Translations under genes and position numbers: made by a program | Source: Podarcis filfolensis | Lineage: Eukaryota | Strand: one strand, 5' to 3' | Length of the DNA stretch: 64,000 nucleotides | Assembly: GCA_964270895.1 (NCBI GenBank) | Contig: OZ185437.1 | Notes under the pieces: model-generated | Told to the model about the DNA's origin: nothing | Databases searched by the model: none | The model's input: only the letters and a program-made list of their open reading frames with translations | Shown here: in pieces, positions 1-12,705 of the stretch | Layout: each line of letters begins with the position of its first letter | How positions within the stretch are numbered: the stretch's first letter is position 1

Positions 1-483
1 GGGGTGTGGAGATAAAGATTTGGCTGACCAGCCAGATGCATATCCCTACCTCTGTCTTATATCTGGAATGCCTCCTTTATCTCTAATGATGATTCTTACT
101 TGCCTGCATGCAGGATAGAGAGGGGTGTGTGAGTGTGTGTAGAAACTAGCATTTTACATTGACTGCTTTGCCAGCTTTTGCCTCTGGCACCACCAACCAG
201 TAGCACGTGGCTCCTGGAAAAGGTTCTCCTGCCCTGGTGTAGATTAACATATTCAAAATATTCATTCTTAAATTGATTGACCGAACGGGAAAGTGGTTAT
301 TGTGGTTGCACTAAGCATTAGTACAGTCTTTATATCCCCAATGAACAGAGTCAGTACTCAATAGGGACCTTAAACATTTAAATATAAGCATAGTGCTCAG
401 CTTGCTGTTTCTGATGGATGGCCTCTCCTGGGGCCTAACTAAATGTTATGTTAAATGTATCACTTGCAGGGATGCCAGTGGAG

Positions 484-484
<1 letters not shown>

Positions 485-567
<83 letters not shown>
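485..567. repeat. Compound microsatellite (TA)n(TG)n
   Basis: Uninterrupted TA run 485-530 followed by TG run 531-567. Confidence 0.98.
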
Positions 568-569
<2 letters not shown>

Positions 570-799
570 CCTCTAATCCTGGGTGCAGAAAGATTTCTGT
601 TAGTTTAACCCTTCCCTCTCGTGTTGCAATCACATCAAAAACCACACTCCTGCTTCCCCCATGGTAGTTAGCCATGGGGGCGGGGGGATAGTTGCCAGTG
701 GGAGCATCATTTTTATTGTTCACTGCGGCATGAGGGTGATTTTGCCACAGACACTGCAAAACCGCCCCTCCCTGCATGCTGATGGAAATTGAGGGAGCC

Positions 800-898
800 C
801 ATAGTGACATTCCCAATGTCAACAGTGAACTTTACAGCAGAGTGGGGATTTGAACCTGGGCCTCTCCTATCCTAGCCTGACAACCTAACCACTACAAC
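800..898 (-). mobile_element. Degenerate tRNA-derived SINE head
   Basis: Minus strand reads TGGTTGTAGTGGTTAGG...GGTTCAAATCCCCACTCTG (A-box/B-box-like), resembling squamate SINE heads; boundaries approximate. Confidence 0.55.
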
Positions 899-1442
899 CA
901 GGACAGACCTTGTCTTGTTCCTGTATCACAGTGGTGCTCACAGGGCAAGGCAGGTGAGTTACAGCAGCACCAAGGATAGTTCCTAGTGAGCAACTTGCTC
1001 TGACAAAGGTTAGAAGTGTACTGAGACCTTTAGAGCTGCCTCCGGTCCACCTCTCCTAACTTCACCTTATTTTGTGTAACTAAAGGGCCTCTTAAAGGGC
1101 CATCCTCTGGCTTGAAGATAAGCACTTTTCATATGTGCTCCATGGCCTACTGCCTGGTGTGCAGTCTGTAGGGAAGAAGCGCATGGGTGCCAGTAAAGTG
1201 CATGGCCTGATTAATATGTTAGTGGAGTGCAGCACTGATGTGGGATCTTCTGTATGATCCAACCATCCTACATGATTTCATTCATTAGTGGAACAGCATA
1301 CATTGTAGATATTTGGAGAAGCGACAGCCATTGATGTCATGCATGAACTGGGGCTAAGGTTCACTTATGTATACCATCAACATTTGATGGTTGCAATTTG
1401 AACTTTTCGTATTGCCTTGTCACCTCATGCTTAATGTTTTTT

Positions 1443-1497
1443 TCAATGGAGACACTTTACACATTCAGCCTCAATGGAGACACTTTACACATTCAGC
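1443..1497. repeat. Tandem duplication with 28-bp period
   Basis: tcaatggagacactttacacattcagc at 1443-1469 and 1471-1497. Confidence 0.9.
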
Positions 1498-3895
1498 TGC
1501 AAGAGTCTCTGGATTAAGTAGGTTTGTGATCTAATTATCTGGGTTGTCTTTACTACAAGAAATAAGAAAAAATTACCTATTCTGTATCAGTTATTCTATT
1601 CTATACAGAAACTGTAGCAACAGTATTTAGGAAAGGTTTCCCCACCGCCAACTCAATCTCTTATTTTCAGATTTCAATTTTGGCCCCTTAGCAAAGATAG
1701 TAGATGTATTCTAGCATACATTGCTTTTGGGCAACCACCTCCCGTTTCAGTGAGATTTGTGCAAGTCCCTTTGAAATGGCCAGCAGTTGCAGTGCAGTAG
1801 TGGTTCTGACTTGTGCCCATTGCCACAGCTGCAGTTGCACTGTATGCAGTTGCACTTTATATATTGTTTTGTCAAAGCAACAGTGAAGAGCAAAGAGTGA
1901 TCTACTATGCCACTCTGTTTATTTCAGATTTAGTGTATCCTCCGTAGCTATAACGCTGCGGAAGAAAGGAGGTTGCATTAAAAAAGGAAGTGTTGCTAAA
2001 TACCCACAAAGCATTAACCTCCTACATCGATTTAATTTGTTATCTCTGATTCCTGTGTTTTCCAAGTCATCGTCACAACACTGGCCTTTACTTAGATAAT
2101 ATACTGCTAACACCCATGAACTATGCAATAATAATTAATGAAGTGCTTGCGGCTACTGCAGAGAGTGCATCCTGTGTCTCAGTTAACGGTAATAATCCTC
2201 CATAAAAGGATGAGTGCTACTACCAGGACTCTTATCCTCAGCGGGGTTCAGACTTACTCATGGATTCCCATTAACTAGACACCCACTTTGAATATCTTGC
2301 TTTTCCATTATAGATATAATAAGGTATCATCCGTCTCATGAAACACGTTCTTCTCAATAGCAGTTTCAGATGGTGAAAGTTTTACCAATGGTACTTCTGC
2401 AGTAGTATCACTTTTTTAAAAACCCAGAGATGGCTAGATTGACACTGTTATGTGTAACATATCACTGATTCTCACTGCACCTGTTTCCTAAAACTTGCAA
2501 AAATTATTATATTTTGGGTGGAACAGACTGTTGCAAGAAACCCTTAACTGTTCCTATGCCATGTTTCTTTTTGTCTTCTTCCCAGCTAAATGTGTTATAA
2601 TGGCATAGGTGTTTCGTGCGTCTTTTAAAGCTCTTCTGTTGAAAAATCATCAGCATAAGGTATAAGACAGTATGTGACATGATGCCCACGTGCTGTGCAT
2701 TTTGCCTTCCCCATGGCATTAGAGATGAGAGCAGAGAAATGCACAGTCTAATGGCATACTATCTGGGGTTGTCCTTTGCAAATGGCTATGTTCACACATA
2801 ACTTTGGCCTTGGTAACCCATATGAATAGGGGTTGTGTGCTAGTGCATGTAGCCTGATAACTCCTACCTTGCTCTTCCATTTTCATGATCATGTCAGCAA
2901 ACTACTAGGTGGAGCGCTTGGCATGGTGTCTGGTCGTAGGATCACCCTTCGTTTCACCCTAATAAGCACATGGTTGTTAAAGCAAGAACAATCATGATTT
3001 AAGGTGGTTAGGGATTGTGTATGTGCTGGGGTAAAACAAATCACAATCCCAGTTTAGGCTGTTGTGCTAAGCTGTCCACTTTGTGGTTTGTTTATCTACT
3101 CACACGAAGGGAGGAGCAAAGTAGGACCATTCAGTCTACTTGCACTAGCGTGCAATTCTTGCACATTGTAGCTTATTAAACCATAGTTTTGTGGTCTAGA
3201 GTTATGTGCAAATGGGGCCATTGGTGGGAAGAAGAAAGAATTGAATGGTAGCAGTAACTGCTAAGCAGTTCCATGTTTCTTCTAATAGCTAGCTCCACCC
3301 TTTGCATATAATGTTCTTTTCCCAATAAGTCCACTATTATTGGTTTACTATTCAGTTAACCTCCTGATCACAGCTTGCAGCATCTAAATGCTTAGATTTA
3401 TGCTGATTCTGCCCTATTAGCTGTGAACCTGAAACCACAAAATACAGCTCAGCAGGAATCAAGTTTCTCCTCTGCCAGAGGACAGACTGACTGTTCCTGT
3501 TTTATTGAAAATGTTGATCGAAGCAGCCTTTTTCTAGGTAAGCTTAAAAAAGAAAGATGTCTTTGAAAATCTTCTGCCATATCCTAAAAAGATGTTGGAC
3601 ATTATCCAGTTAAAGTTAAGCACTTCTAGGGCTGGAATCCTAAACGCTAAGGAGTAAACCCTATTGACCACAGTGAAACTTACTTCGGATGAAATGCAAC
3701 AGAATTGTGCTGTATCCCATTAATTTCAGTGGAAGAGTTAAGCCTTACTGTTCAGCTAGAATGGAAATGGTTAAGTTTAGTTGTAAAGTGCTCATTACTT
3801 ATAGGTTATCCTAGAAATATTCGATAATATTTTTATTATGGACATTTGGAAAGTTCTTGCATGAACTGTTTTCTACCATTTTGTTTTCATCCTAG

Positions 3896-4011
3896 CATAC
3901 AACCGTTTTGCCTTTTATATTAATTGAGATGAGAACAACACATCATGAATATCCCAGCAGGACCTGTGGCTTGGTTGCTGTGTGCACCTTTTCAGTTGGC
4001 TACATATTGTG
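3896..4011 (+). CDS. AIG1: AIG1 exon 4
   Basis: cctag|CAT...TTG TG|gtaaga, 116 nt: [38 protein letters not shown](W). The first codon corresponds to catalytic His134 of human AIG1. Confidence 0.96.
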
Positions 4012-4937
4012 GTAAGAGATACCTTTTCACGTTGTGAAATCTGATTATCTATTTCATTGTGGACATAACCACAGATATACATGCAGGTCCCGCTTTCCAA
4101 ACACAGTATTCCCAGGAAATTGTTCGTTAGATGAGTGTTCACATAACAAGCTGATGATTTCCATTCTTTCCTATGAGGCCATTTCTTAGCCATGATCTCT
4201 CTCCCCCTTCCCGTTATGGTTTTTCCTTAAAATGGCTGCAGCCAACCATCAAAAGAAACAAAGGAAAAACTGTTTTGTATCTATCCTGCTCTCTGATTCT
4301 CTCCGATCTCCCCTACACTCACCGCCCCCATAGTATCTGCCTGAAAATGGCTGCTGCCAAACCGCCAAACACAAGCAAGTAAGGAAGCAGGCAAACTTTG
4401 ACTGTTTGGATATCTGAACTCATGGAGTATATAGCAAAGCTTGGCATAATTTTTGTGTTTGGATAAGTGAATTTTCACATAACAAGTGGGTGGATAATGG
4501 GACCTGCGTGTACTGCTTGCTTTGTCTTGTGTCTATGCTGAGGGCTTTCTGATACTATATAGATCTCTCATACACATACCCTTAGTCAAGCATCTGTTTC
4601 CACCAAGCGTGAGCATTTCCCCTTGCACTTTTAATGTATCCATTCATTTATCTTAGCTTCTTCCTGGCGTTCAGATCAGCTAGGCCGTATCACAGATTGG
4701 AAATGTAAAACCATCACATGAGTTTGAAGCATGTATATTTAGAAGTACCCTTAATCTGTAAGTAAGCATGATAGGAAAAGCTGTTGATAGATCTGGAGAT
4801 ATTTATTTATGTATTCTGTTCCTTCTACCAATGCTTACTCATCAATCATGCAGTAAGACGTTTCAGGATTATTTCCAGAATTTGAAACTTGTCATAATAA
4901 TTCAAGATGCCTGAACTAAAGCTCTGGTTACCTAACG

Positions 4938-5050
4938 CAGTTGTTCCCAATTGGTGGTCTGCGGATATCAACCTTTCAAAAGTAGGGGGTCCATGGCTTG
5001 GCTTTTGAAAAACAGGGATTCTAGAGTACTTAGCTAATTGGGAACCATTG
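4938..5050. mobile_element. Non-autonomous hAT (Charlie-like) MITE
   Basis: Imperfect TIRs cagttgttcccaa / ttgggaaccattg; 8-bp TSD acctaacg / acctaaag. Confidence 0.7.
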
Positions 5051-5264
5051 ACCTAAAGGATTTCCTTTCCCTTATGTCCTACTGTAGTTTTGAAGACTGA
5101 CCAAAAGCACTCTCCTGACTACAATCCACTGGGGGCCACAGTCTGCTGGGGAGTTAGATTTCTTACATGCTTGAGGACAGCTATGTGTACTTGGCCTTTG
5201 CCTGTAAAGGTAGAAAGCTAAAGTCTGAGACATGAGCATAATCCGTAAAACAAAAAACCATTTA

Positions 5265-5725
5265 CCGTATTTTTCGCCCTATAGGACGCACTTTTTCCCC
5301 TCCAAAAATGAAGAGGAAATGTGTGTGCGTCCTATGGGGCGAATGCAGGCTTTCGCTGAAGCCTGGAGAGCGAAAGGGGTCGGTGCACACCGACCCCTCT
5401 CGCTCTCCAGGCTTCAGGAGAGCCCCACTGCCAGCCCCGCAAACTCGGGGGACAGCGGGAGAGGCGCAGCGCATCTTTCCCGCTGTCCCCCGACTTGGTT
5501 AAAAGGCTGGCGGGGGGGAGAAGCCTGCTCCTCCAGCCCCGCAAGCTCCCAGCTTCGGCATGGCTCTGGGTCCCGTTCTGGGGGCTGGGGGAGGGGGAAG
5601 CTCGGACTTCTCCCACCCCAGCCCCGCGCCTGGGGGGGGGAAATAAAAATGTTTTCCTTTATTTCCCCCCCAAAAATCCAGGTGCGTCCTATGGGCCAGT
5701 GCATCCTATAGGGCGAAAAATACGG
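5265..5725. mobile_element. Tc1/mariner-superfamily (Tc2/pogo-like) MITE, 461 bp
   Basis: 27-bp TIRs ccgtatttttcgccctataggacgcac (1 mismatch); TA target duplication at 5263-64 and 5726-27; GC-rich non-coding interior. Confidence 0.9.
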
Positions 5726-7149
5726 TACGTTTTCTACATATCCTTATGATAATGTGAAATATTACAGCCATGTGTATTTAAATTAAAATATCCTTTCACC
5801 TCATTTGACGAGATTTACGTTTAGTATACTTTCCCTGAAGTTCTAGTTTTTGTTCTTCTTTCCTTCTAAGGAATACTTAGCACTAAATGGTCTGCTTTTT
5901 TTCTAAACCTTGCAAATGGTAGAGATTCAACAAAATGGCTCTGGCCTTGCACTCTAAAGTGTGCCTTAATGCATGTTCCCTTGTGCTTATCTAATAATGA
6001 GATTGGACAGGAATTGCAATGTTAAAGACATTCATTAGAATTAATAACAACTAATCTTGTGCAGAAGCTTTATGCCTAAGGTTGATCAGCCCATTATTGT
6101 GCAGTATTGAGTTAGCATGTTTTCAAGGACAATGAACTCCTTAACAAAGGCCATTGGGTAATGTTTCCATGGTTGCACTGCTACTTTTCCTTCTCACATT
6201 TGTAATATAGACAATGCAGGACTACTCATAATGCTGTCAGTCCAGAGAAGGGCAGGATGGAAGGATTCTAGTGTAATATGCAGGGGTGGGTTCTGTGTTT
6301 AAATGATGTCAGCCTGGGTAGTCATAGGTGGTTCTGAAGCCTGTTCTTGAAGTGGCACATAAATTGACTTGCTCTTTCCCATTTAACTTTGGTAATAATT
6401 ACTTTCCATTTGCTTGTTCAGTTGCTCTGGGGTCAAGCATGCAAAACCTAAATGGAAAACTTGCTTTGCAATTACCATGCTGCGGGAATCCCAATGGTGT
6501 AGTGTAGGGATTAGTCACTGAAGGTCCTTGGACCAGTCATGGTCTTGTGGAACAAGCTCTTGTTCTTAATCCTGGGTGGATCTACACTCATGGTTTTTAA
6601 TGCTAAAAAAGTGTTATGGAGTGGTTCTGATAACCATATAGCCACATGGCATTCTTTTTTAATGTTAATAATGTGTTATTAAAGTGTGACACCAGAGGGT
6701 GCTGCAGAGCAACCCCCTTCCAAATATAGGTAGACCTTGTGGAATGGGACTTTCAGCCTTGATGGTATTTTTAAATATTGTTCTAATAACATTTAAAAGG
6801 TGAGTGTAGATCCAGCCCCTGTCTTTGCTCCTGTACTGATACATGTAAAGCTTGTGAATCAAATCCTGATTCATGCTTCCTGCTCCCTCCTCTCTTTCCG
6901 CCCCCAAAGTGTCATGGTTTCCCAAGCTTGTTTATTCCTTCTTCTTTTTTACTTTCCCACACTGGCAATGGAATCTCCTACCAATCATCAATAAACTGAA
7001 AGAGAGATTGAAAAGAATCTACATCTTCATATGTGCATGTTTTGTCTGGTTCCAGCTTGCTTCTATAAAGGTTTCCAGGATATACATCCATAATAGATAC
7101 TTATGGTACATTTTAGGGAGTAACTTCTTCCCCATAAGTCTCCTCATCT

Positions 7150-7290
7150 GTTCATGTAATCAGGTGAGATCCTGCTTCCCATGCCTCTGCCTCCTTAAGT
7201 TAAGCTTGTTGCTACAAGGAACAGAGCTTTCTCTGTAGTGGCACCTTCATTGCATCCTCTTCCCAAGGAGCCCTACCTGGTTTACTGTCA
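7150..7290 (+). mobile_element. Degenerate L2 LINE 3' fragment
   Basis: Encodes a decayed RAFSVVAP-like RT C-terminal motif (agagctttctctgtagtggcacct); boundaries approximate. Confidence 0.5.
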
Positions 7291-7620
7291 TAAACCTTCC
7301 CCCCCCCCCAATCCATTGCTGCAAGAATCCCTCAGTCAGAAGAAAGGAACCTTTGGATCCAACCCATTGTTAGTGTTATTAACACTACAGCCCAGTTGCC
7401 ATTTGCATAATGGTAAGCCACATTTATATCTTTTTTTCAAAACCATTCAAAAAGGGTGGGTGGATGTTTCGTAGATGTATACCAAAATCTCACTAAACAT
7501 AATCAATAGAGTTTATTTCTAAATAGGCATAGGATTCTGCTCATAGAAAAAAAGTTCTTGCTATTGTATAATTTTATTTATTTAAAGAAAACTTCTGATT
7601 TCTCTCTGTATTTATATTAG

Positions 7621-7784
7621 GGTCTGTTGGATTTATCATGTAACAGGTGTTTGGGTGTACCCTCTCTTGGAGTACCTTGGCTCAGGTGCTAAAATTATCT
7701 TCTTTGCTACTGTAACTGCAATAATTAACATCTTCTACTTGCTGGGTGAGATCCTAAACAACTGCATCTGGGATACACAAAAAT
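7621..7784 (+). CDS. AIG1: AIG1 exon 5
   Basis: attag|G GTC...AAA T|gtgagt, 164 nt: [54 protein letters not shown]. Confidence 0.96.
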
Positions 7785-8904
7785 GTGAGTATTATTTTGA
7801 GAAGCACTGATGTAACTATGAAACAAGGGCTGATTCACATATTGCCATGGACATTGTAAAGTTCTCTGAGAGTGACTCCACCATGTCTTTTTCATGTGTT
7901 TAAATTCTGTCACTTGGTGGTTATTCCATACAATGTTACTTGGTCAGGAAAAAAAAACCCCATAAATTTTCTACCATTTCAATCTAATCTGGTAGCATTC
8001 AGTTATTTCCCATTGCTGCAGTTTCATGCAAACACCTTTCCACGCAAACTGATTGCATTGAAATCAGTACATGAAGTTGCTTGCACACTCATGCATTGAT
8101 GTACATTTGGGCTTAATTTGAGGCTGGGTGTGGGTGTGTGTGGGTGTGATTATCATTGCCTGGTTTTGGACATTTAGCTGAGAGCATCAAATGACAACAA
8201 ATAAGTACATAAATCCAGAAATTACTAGTGAGTTAAAGGGGGAATTAGCAAAAATCACCTTCCGCAACCACTTCTATTCATGGAAGCCTCTGCTGGATCA
8301 AAGATCATTCCATGAATGAAACAACACCATTGGGTGATACTCCTAGTCTCAATAAGTTCTGCAAAGGTGATTAAGGATGTGCCTGTTGTGATCCAGATAA
8401 TATCTAAATTGGATGTTCTTAAAAAGGTTTGACAAGTACACCACATATCACAAAATTATACAATGAGCTTATGCCATCCTATAATAAAGGTTGGGGTGGA
8501 AAGAAAAAGGCATTTACAAGTCTGAAAGGTTTCCCCCTCTCTTCCTTTAGGAGTTACATTTTTTAAAAAACACACCACTACTGACAAAATAATTTGCAGT
8601 TACTTTTTCCAAACTAAACCACAAACATGGTAGGCAAAGAAAAATCTTCCCATTCTATGGGCCAGAGTCAGCCCACAGGTCTGAAGATAACATAATTTCT
8701 GCCAGGGTATTTGATCCATCAGCAGTAAAATGCTTCTCAAGAAAGGATAGAGGCTCTTTTATGAGGAAAAATGAAACACTACAGCTTGAAACCACTGGAA
8801 AAGTTTCTTCCAGCAGCAGAGAGGACACAGGAGACCAGAATTGGCATCAGCACAGGATCCAAAGCCAATATGCGTTTCTGGAGCTGAGCCATTGTTTTGT
8901 TTTC

Positions 8905-9218
8905 TGAAATATACTCAGAGTCGCAAAGTGATTTCATGCTCTTTATTCAGCTCATAGTGGTGAGGAGGAATGAATGAAAGTCCCCTCAAAGTATCTGCTT
9001 TATATACATTATTTACACAATGGGCTGCACATGATTGGCGAATTCCGGAATCAGGTTGTGGATTCACTTCTATCTGGAGCATGATTGGGTGGTTCCTGCC
9101 AACCAATCATACTGCTGCATTGTTCTAGGACCAATCAGACTGCTGCATTCTGAATCCTATTGTTCTAGGACCAATCAGACTGCTGCCTTTTGGATCCTAT
9201 TGTTCTCAGTACATAACA
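8905..9218 (-). mobile_element. Solo LTR, 314 bp
   Basis: Minus strand TGTTATGTAC...GAGTATATTTCA (TG..CA) with 5-bp TSD ttttc at 8900-04 and 9219-23. CCAAT boxes, then TATATAAA, then AATAAA occur in U3-R order on the minus strand. Confidence 0.85.
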
Positions 9219-12109
9219 TTTTCTTAAACCTTTGACTGACTATCCAATTATTTTTGGTTTGTCAGCAACACCCAGCCCATTGTATGTAGACTATTGGCGA
9301 TGTCCAAACCAAATTGCTTCATTACTCTGTCTTTCAACAAAATCGCCACTACCAGACACTTTTGCCCCTCTGCTGTAATTTGGACAGATATGGGTGTGTT
9401 TTTCAAAGAAGCCCATGGTAAGAAATCTGAGCCAAGCAGATTTTCCATTTGAAAAGTACTGTGATTTATGGTCAGATTTCCTTTTGAGAGGTTCCTTCTC
9501 ATCTCTGCCCACCCTCTAGACCCCTGTCCTATTGAAAAGAAAGATAAGAAATTTCTTTTTGGGGATATGCAGCAGCACTGGAAACTTCCAAAAGAAACAC
9601 TTTCAGAATAGATCGAAGGTGTTTGGCAGGGTGGTTTGGTCCAAATTAGCTAAACAGACAAAAGAACAAAACTTTTGCCAGAAGCTAAGAATAGAACTTT
9701 GCCCAGGAACAAGCGTTTGAAAGAGACGAATGTTTCCATTGCCAGAAAAACACAATCAATGGCCATGAATGAGTTACACTGTGAGTGCAATGCCTGCACA
9801 TGGAGAATCCCAAGGGGGTTCAACAGAACCTGCACCCCCCTACACACCTGAACAAGCGCATGGACACACAAGCAGGCAGCACCTCTCACAGCCCCATCCA
9901 AGCCCCCTTCTCTGTGCCTTGCAAGTTACTTATGCTGGGCTTTCACTGCCTGGATTGCTCAAAAAGAACGAGAAACACAGTAAAGGATGCTGTTGACAAT
10001 ACCTGGATCTTTTTCATAGATGAGGTAAGTGTTGCTGCCTGTAGATTTTGCTTAAGGAAAATAAGACGGGGAAATTTTGCGATTTTTTTTAACCCGTTAT
10101 CATCTGCTGTCTCTGGTTCCTGTGGTGACTTCAGCGGCATGTTTACTGCTTGCCACATTTCCCTCTATCGCACCTACAGTTTACAATATGTTGAATCTGT
10201 GGTGGGGTTTTGTTCTGTTCTGGTTGTTTCTGGGAATTGATTTTGGTTTTTGAAGGCTGGAGCCAGGCAATAGTTATAAAGAATCCTTTTTAAAGAACAA
10301 TTTTAAAGAAAGTGGTTTTGAGTGAGGTTTTGCTTCCCATGATTTTCACACTCTTTATTTTGCCTGACGGTTAAATAGGTTTTGCAGGTTTTGGAACAGT
10401 AAGAACTGTTGTTTTTATCTCCAGCAAAAATGAGTAGTACACTCCAGAAGCAGTGATCCGTCTTTCAAAGTGTCTTCAGCTCTCTGAAAAAACAACAACC
10501 TGGTGACTTATTTCCAGGCTGTGTTTTGTCCTTGCTGTGCTTCAATGTTCCTCTATGGATTGTGGGTTTTCTTTGGCCACATTACTTTAAAATAAAATTA
10601 ATATTAAAGGCCAAATGCACCCAGAGATACTTGTGCACCTACCATACTAATAACATTTGGGGGGGAGGGGGAGGTCATTAAAAAAATTGTTGTGTAGGAA
10701 AGTTAACTTCTGATGTCTCTGAGATTGGGCAGAAGTGGAGCAAGATCAGAAGCACCCCTTCCCCCTCACAGAGTCGAGGCATTTGCGTGGGTATTGCTGA
10801 ACTTAGAGAAGATTGTGCCATCAGATCTGAAAGGGGAAGGAGGGCTGGGTCTCTAGTAGTAGAGAATGGGCAGGAGATGGGCACCTCAGAACTGCACCTC
10901 TAGAAGCAAAATTATTTGTATAATTTTGGTAAGGAAGGAGAGACTGGGGCAATGATCCTTTATCACTTTGGGATGTTTTATTGAAATCAATAAACCTTGC
11001 AAAATGTTGGCAATCTAAAAGCTAAGACTGCCACAGTCAAGTTAGTACATACCAACTGTAGGTCTGCTCTGAAATAAGTCCCATTGAATCTAAAGGATGG
11101 AAGTCTTAGTGGAGTTAAGTCTCTATAGTATGGCCACATAGCGGGGTGTGGCCTTACTGGGAATAAGCCCCTTGAAATCGTTGGGATTTACTTCTGAGTA
11201 ACCATTGCTAGGATTAACTGCAAGAAATCGACCAATGGAATACTACTCAGGCAACGGCTGAACTTTCCAAGCTGCTTGCAGCACTTTAATTCATGGGTCT
11301 CATTATAATGAGCTAATACAGATATATTGTTACAATTACAGATCCAAGTTATTGGTGTGTTTGAGGTCTTTGAAATCAAGGATGACTGTGGACTGGTGTC
11401 ACAGACAGCTGGTATAAGAATCTGGACATTTTTGTGTGGGCATAAATGTATATTACACTTAATGGCTTTAAAAGGATGCCCCCAAACCTACCCATCAGCA
11501 GTTAATAATATGACTTGGAGAACCTCAAATATTTTGTTGCTTATCCCAGCATAGACATTGTTTTGTAACCATGAATACAATACATGCTCATAAGTAAATA
11601 GACATCATGAAGAATGATCTTCACCATTATTCAACAAGGAACGAGGCGGAGGAGCTTCAAATATGGAAGAAATATATCAGACAAGCTATTATTTAACAGT
11701 AAAAAGCCAGTATGGTTGCAGATTATTTGGTTAGTCTGGCCCCATTTTGTCAGCATTCTGCTGCCTATTATCATGCATTGGGAAGGCACCAAAGGAGAAA
11801 CAAAGGGCAGGGTTTGGCAGATGAGTCTCAGCAGCAGCAGATCTGCACAATGGGGCTCTTTCCCTCCCCACTCCCTCGCACACAGTCCAAAATTGGCCTG
11901 GGGGAGGGTGAGGAGAAGCCTTGGAACAGGGCATGGAGGGAGGGGGAATCATTCTGCTTGGCAAACCCAAATGCTTATACCCTGATAGAATGATCACCTT
12001 AGGATGTACAACGTTAAATTCCTCCCAAAATTTTGCAGAAGAAGCATAAGGATGCAGTGCCTTCCGATTTCCTCAGGTGTTTCAAAAGTTGTTTTCTGTT
12101 TGTTCTCAG

Positions 12110-12147
12110 GTATGGAAGAAGGAAAAGAAAAGCCTAAATTGGACTGA
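12110..12147 (+). CDS. AIG1: AIG1 last coding exon
   Basis: ttctcag|GT ATG GAA GAA GGA AAA GAA AAG CCT AAA TTG GAC TGA = (C)MEEGKEKPKLD*; human ends SMEEEKEKPKLE. Confidence 0.93.
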
Positions 12148-12625
12148 ATGTGAAAGAGGAAAACAAGATTTGCTGCTATACGGAAGACATCTCAGTGTCA
12201 AGAGTTTGGCCATTTACATGAACAGTGCATCCAGGATACTTTTATTTTCTCTTTAAAAAGAAAAGGGATATTGATTTATTGTCCCACTCCTTCCTGATAC
12301 CTGCCTCTGCCCATAACACTATATATGATACATTTCTCCACGACTCTTCTACACATGTAATTATGTATGTTACTATGTTAAGTGTCTTTCCTGTGGCAGC
12401 ATTATTGAAGTCTGCTCTGTCTCTGATTTGGAAATCAGTGGGGAAATTGTTTGCATATCTAGCTGTATCATAAAGCCACGTCTTCAAAAGAGTGGAAAAC
12501 TTAACACACACATGCAAATATTTTGAATCAGAGAGTTCTGTGGAATTAACAAATCAGAGAGTTCTGTGGAATTTTAATCATCACATTACGGACAATAAGT
12601 GTTTGGGACAATAAGTGTTTGGGAC

Positions 12626-12705
12626 AATAAAAATAGGGCTATAAAAATTGTTAAAACAAACTGATTTAACTCAGTGCTGCTAAAGTACAAAACCACATCA
12701 ATAAA
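12626..12705 (+). terminator. Candidate AIG1 polyadenylation signals
   Basis: AATAAA at 12626-31 and 12700-05, about 0.5 kb after the stop codon. Confidence 0.5.

Larger units (their letters stand above)
3896..12147 (+). other. AIG1: AIG1 gene, 3' part (androgen-induced gene 1, FAHFA hydrolase); 5' exons lie upstream of the window
   Basis: join(3896..4011,7621..7784,12110..12147). Exon sizes 116/164/38 with AG/GT boundaries; translation matches the vertebrate AIG1 C-terminal half. Confidence 0.95.

Noticed and set aside
455-822. ORFs with YIYI/VCVC/HTHT runs
   Set aside because: Translations of the (TA)n(TG)n microsatellite.
2784-3219. Possible Harbinger-like MITE with weak terminal inverted repeats
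   Set aside because: The TIR match is poor and the TSD is unconvincing, so it is too degenerate to call.
5232-5749. Cluster of six overlapping ORFs up to 159 aa
   Set aside because: All lie in the GC-rich interior of a 461-bp MITE; no transposase motifs.
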